This document shows, one piece after another, positions 62,276-64,000 of a stretch of DNA of 64,000 nt. How positions within the stretch are numbered: position 1 is the first letter of the stretch; every line of letters starts with the position of its first letter. The notes under the pieces are model-generated. The model did no database searches, was not told the origin of the DNA, and saw only the letters and a program-made list of their open reading frames with translations. The stretch lies in contig CAVYVY010000007.1 in assembly GCA_963772145.1 (NCBI GenBank), positions 26,942 through 90,941 of the forward strand, written 5' to 3'. A program made the position numbers and the translations under genes. This DNA comes from an uncultured bacterium (GTDB taxonomy: Bacteria > Krumholzibacteriota > Krumholzibacteriia > LZORAL124-64-63).

Positions 62276-62300
62276 CGGGCGGGCCGGGCAGGCCCGCCCG
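62276..62300 (+). terminator. Candidate intrinsic terminator
   Basis: 10-bp GC stem CGGGCGGGCC (62276-85) / GGCCCGCCCG (62291-300) with loop GGGCA, followed by atcgcttta (weak T-tract). Confidence 0.45.
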
Positions 62301-62360
62301 ATCGCTTTACGGCCCGGTTCCCGGCGACAGTCCGACGCGGGCGCGAACGCCCGGCCAGAG

Positions 62361-62452
62361 ACAACCAAACAGTTATTTATATAAACCAAACATGTATGAT
62401 TGGCCAATTCTGCTGCAAGAACATAAACAAAAACATTATTTTCTGCGGTGGT
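62361..62452. promoter_or_regulatory. AT-rich island upstream of the ATP synthase operon
   Basis: acaaccaaacagttatttatataaaccaaacatgtatgattggccaattctgctgcaagaacataaacaaaaacattattttc is far below the local GC. No confident -35/-10 pair found. Confidence 0.3.
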
Positions 62453-62707
62453 CATTGCACACGACATCAGCCTCGTTCCGGCGCTCCGTCTACCGGTCGC
62501 ACGGTCGGTCCGGCCCCGCACCGTGCCCGTCAAGTCACCCCGTCGCCATGTGTTGCCGCGCGCGAAACAGCGCCCCATTGCGCCGCGCACACTCCGCGGC
62601 CCCGGCTGGTGGACTTTCCGTTGACATCGTTCCCCCAACGGGGTTTCCTGAGCCCCGCCTTGGGCCGGACGCTCGGTGGCGGCGATTCGCAGGCCGGGGG
62701 TGTCGCG

Positions 62708-62941
62708 GTGAGAGAGTCGCCTGAGGATCGGCGGGGCCGGCAGATCCGGGACATCGGCGCCTATACGGCGATCCCGATGATGCTCGTGGTGGGGCCGGCG
62801 CTCGGGTATTTCCTTGGCACGCTGATCGAGAAGAAGTGGGGCCACGCCCCCTGGCCGAGCGCCGGGGGAGCGATGTTCGGCCTGGTGGCTGCGGGACGGC
62901 AGATCTGGCTCCTTGTCACGCGGGATGGTCGCGGCCGGTGA
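62708..62941 (+). CDS. atpZ: AtpZ/AtpI-family small membrane protein
   Basis: GTG 62708 (tail of ORF 61865..62941); GAYTAIPMMLVVGPALGYFLGTLIEKKWG..GAMFGLVAAGRQIWLLV, two TM segments. Confidence 0.6.
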   Translation: MRESPEDRRGRQIRDIGAYTAIPMMLVVGPALGYFLGTLIEKKWGHAPWPSAGGAMFGLVAAGRQIWLLVTRDGRGR

Positions 62942-63336
62942 ACAGCGTGATCCTCAAGCGAACCCGACTGTGGACGATGATCGTCGCAGCCGGGCTTGCG
63001 TTTGTGCTGGTCTTCACGGTGTCGCCCCGCTACGCTCTCGGCGTTTTCCTGACCGCGACGTGGGCCGCGGCGGGATTCTGGATGCTCGAGGGGCTGACGC
63101 GGCGGGCGCTGGTGCCGCCGGGCAGCCCGCGCGCGATCGGCGCGATTGCGACGCTGGCCGCCGGCAAGGTCCTTCTGTACGGTGTGGCGGTCTGGGCCCT
63201 GCTGGCCCGGGTTTTTCCGCCGACCAGTCACCTGACAGGGTTTTCCCTGCTGCTGATCGTCCTGGTTGCGGTTGCCGGATTCTCACGCCGCGCCGCACCC
63301 GAGGGTGAAAAGCCGCCGCGAGGGACAGATGCGTAG
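62938..63336 (+). CDS. atpI: ATP synthase protein I-like membrane protein
   Basis: The GTG at 62938 overlaps the atpZ stop (GTGA). Four hydrophobic segments. Positioned immediately before atpB. Confidence 0.55.
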   Translation: MNSVILKRTRLWTMIVAAGLAFVLVFTVSPRYALGVFLTATWAAAGFWMLEGLTRRALVPPGSPRAIGAIATLAAGKVLLYGVAVWALLARVFPPTSHLTGFSLLLIVLVAVAGFSRRAAPEGEKPPRGTDA

Positions 63337-64000
63337 ACGGACCCGGATCCTCCCGCCCATTCCAGCCCTGTGGCTGGCCGCCGTGCTCGTTTGTGGCGCC
63401 GTCGCCGTCGCGTGCGCGCAGGAGCACGCCGCGCCGCCCGCCGGCCACGAGACCGTGGCGCCGTCCGGGGAGCCGGAGGGGACCGCGACCGTCCATGGCG
63501 AAGGCGGCTGGCGAGGGGCACGGCGAGGAGCACGCCGTCAACCTGGTCACGCTGGTGGCGAAGCTGGCGCAGGGGGGGCGGCCCGAGCCGACGCGGGCAT
63601 CGACCTTCATGATGCGGTTCCAGGCGCAGCTTTTCGCGGCGCTGGTGGCGATCCTGCTGATCACGGTGCTGTCGCGCGTCGCGGCGAAACGGACCGACCA
63701 CCCCGGCCGGCTGCAGGCCGCCGTGGAGATGATGTTCGACGGGCTGTACGGCCTGTTCCGCTCCGTGATGGGGCCCGCGGCGCGGGCCTACACGCCGTAT
63801 CTCGGCACGCTGTTCCTGTTCATCCTGTTCAACAACCTGCTGGGCATGGTGCCGCTGATGTTCGCCGCCACGTCGGTGCTCAACACGACCATCGGCCTGG
63901 CGCTCTGCACCTTCTTCTACGTGCAGGGGATCGGCATCCGGAAGAACGGCGTGCTCGGCTACCTGCACCACCTGGCCGGCTCGCCGCGCAACGGCATGGA
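63329..64000 (+). CDS. atpB: F0F1 ATP synthase subunit a, 3' end outside the window; N-terminal signal-like extension in a different frame
   Basis: From ATG 63495: AKAAGEGHGEEHAVNLV..YTPYLGTLFLFILFNNLLGMVPLMFAATSVLNTTIGLALCTFFYVQ. The ATG at 63329 opens MRRRTRILPPIPALWLAAVLVCGAVAVACAQEH in another frame. Either this is an N-terminal extension separated by one indel, or the true start is 63495. Confidence 0.8.
   Translation, partial: MRRRTRILPPIPALWLAAVLVCGAVAVACAQEHAAPPAGHETVAPSGEPEGTATVHGEGGWRGARRGARRQPGHAGGEAGAGGAARADAGIDLHDAVPGAAFRGAGGDPADHGAVARRGETDRPPRPAAGRRGDDVRRAVRPVPLRDGARGAGLHAVSRHAVPVHPVQQPAGHGAADVRRHVGAQHDHRPGALHLLLRAGDRHPEERRARLPAPPGRLAAQRHG

Overview
This is a high-GC (roughly 65-70% by eye) bacterial chromosome segment centred on the replication origin. 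The minus strand carries gyrA, gyrB, a DUF721/DciA-like gene, recF, dnaN and dnaA. These diverge from rpmH, rnpA, yidD, yidC, jag, mnmE, mnmG, rsmG, parA and parB on the plus strand. Downstream come a PAS histidine kinase, an M23 peptidase, a bactofilin, a secreted protein, and the start of the F-type ATP synthase operon (atpZ, atpI, atpB).

The left half is a mix of housekeeping and accessory genes. The most distinctive content is two diverged, convergently oriented type IV pilus tip modules. Each has a PilX-like minor pilin, a VWA/beta-propeller PilY1-like protein and a conserved small secreted protein. The second module is embedded in a full fimT-pilV-pilW-pilX-pilY1 operon.

Other notable items:
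- A tightly coupled ABC-F / HflX / MFS cluster.
- A lower-GC islet encoding a secreted amidohydrolase coupled to a Cys-rich protein that resembles a two-CW domain.
- A DUF4160/DUF2442-like two-gene cassette.
- A 31-bp-arm hairpin.
- A DnaA-box / GC-cluster / (TAG)n array in the dnaA-dnaN spacer that looks like a DnaA-trio unwinding element.

About twenty genes, including gyrA, gyrB, yidC, mnmE, mnmG and parB, are broken by frame shifts. I interpret these as consensus indel errors rather than real pseudogenes. Coordinates for those genes therefore span several listed ORF fragments.

I recognised no rRNA, tRNA, CRISPR array, transposase or integrase. All calls come from reading the translations and the sequence; no searches were run.
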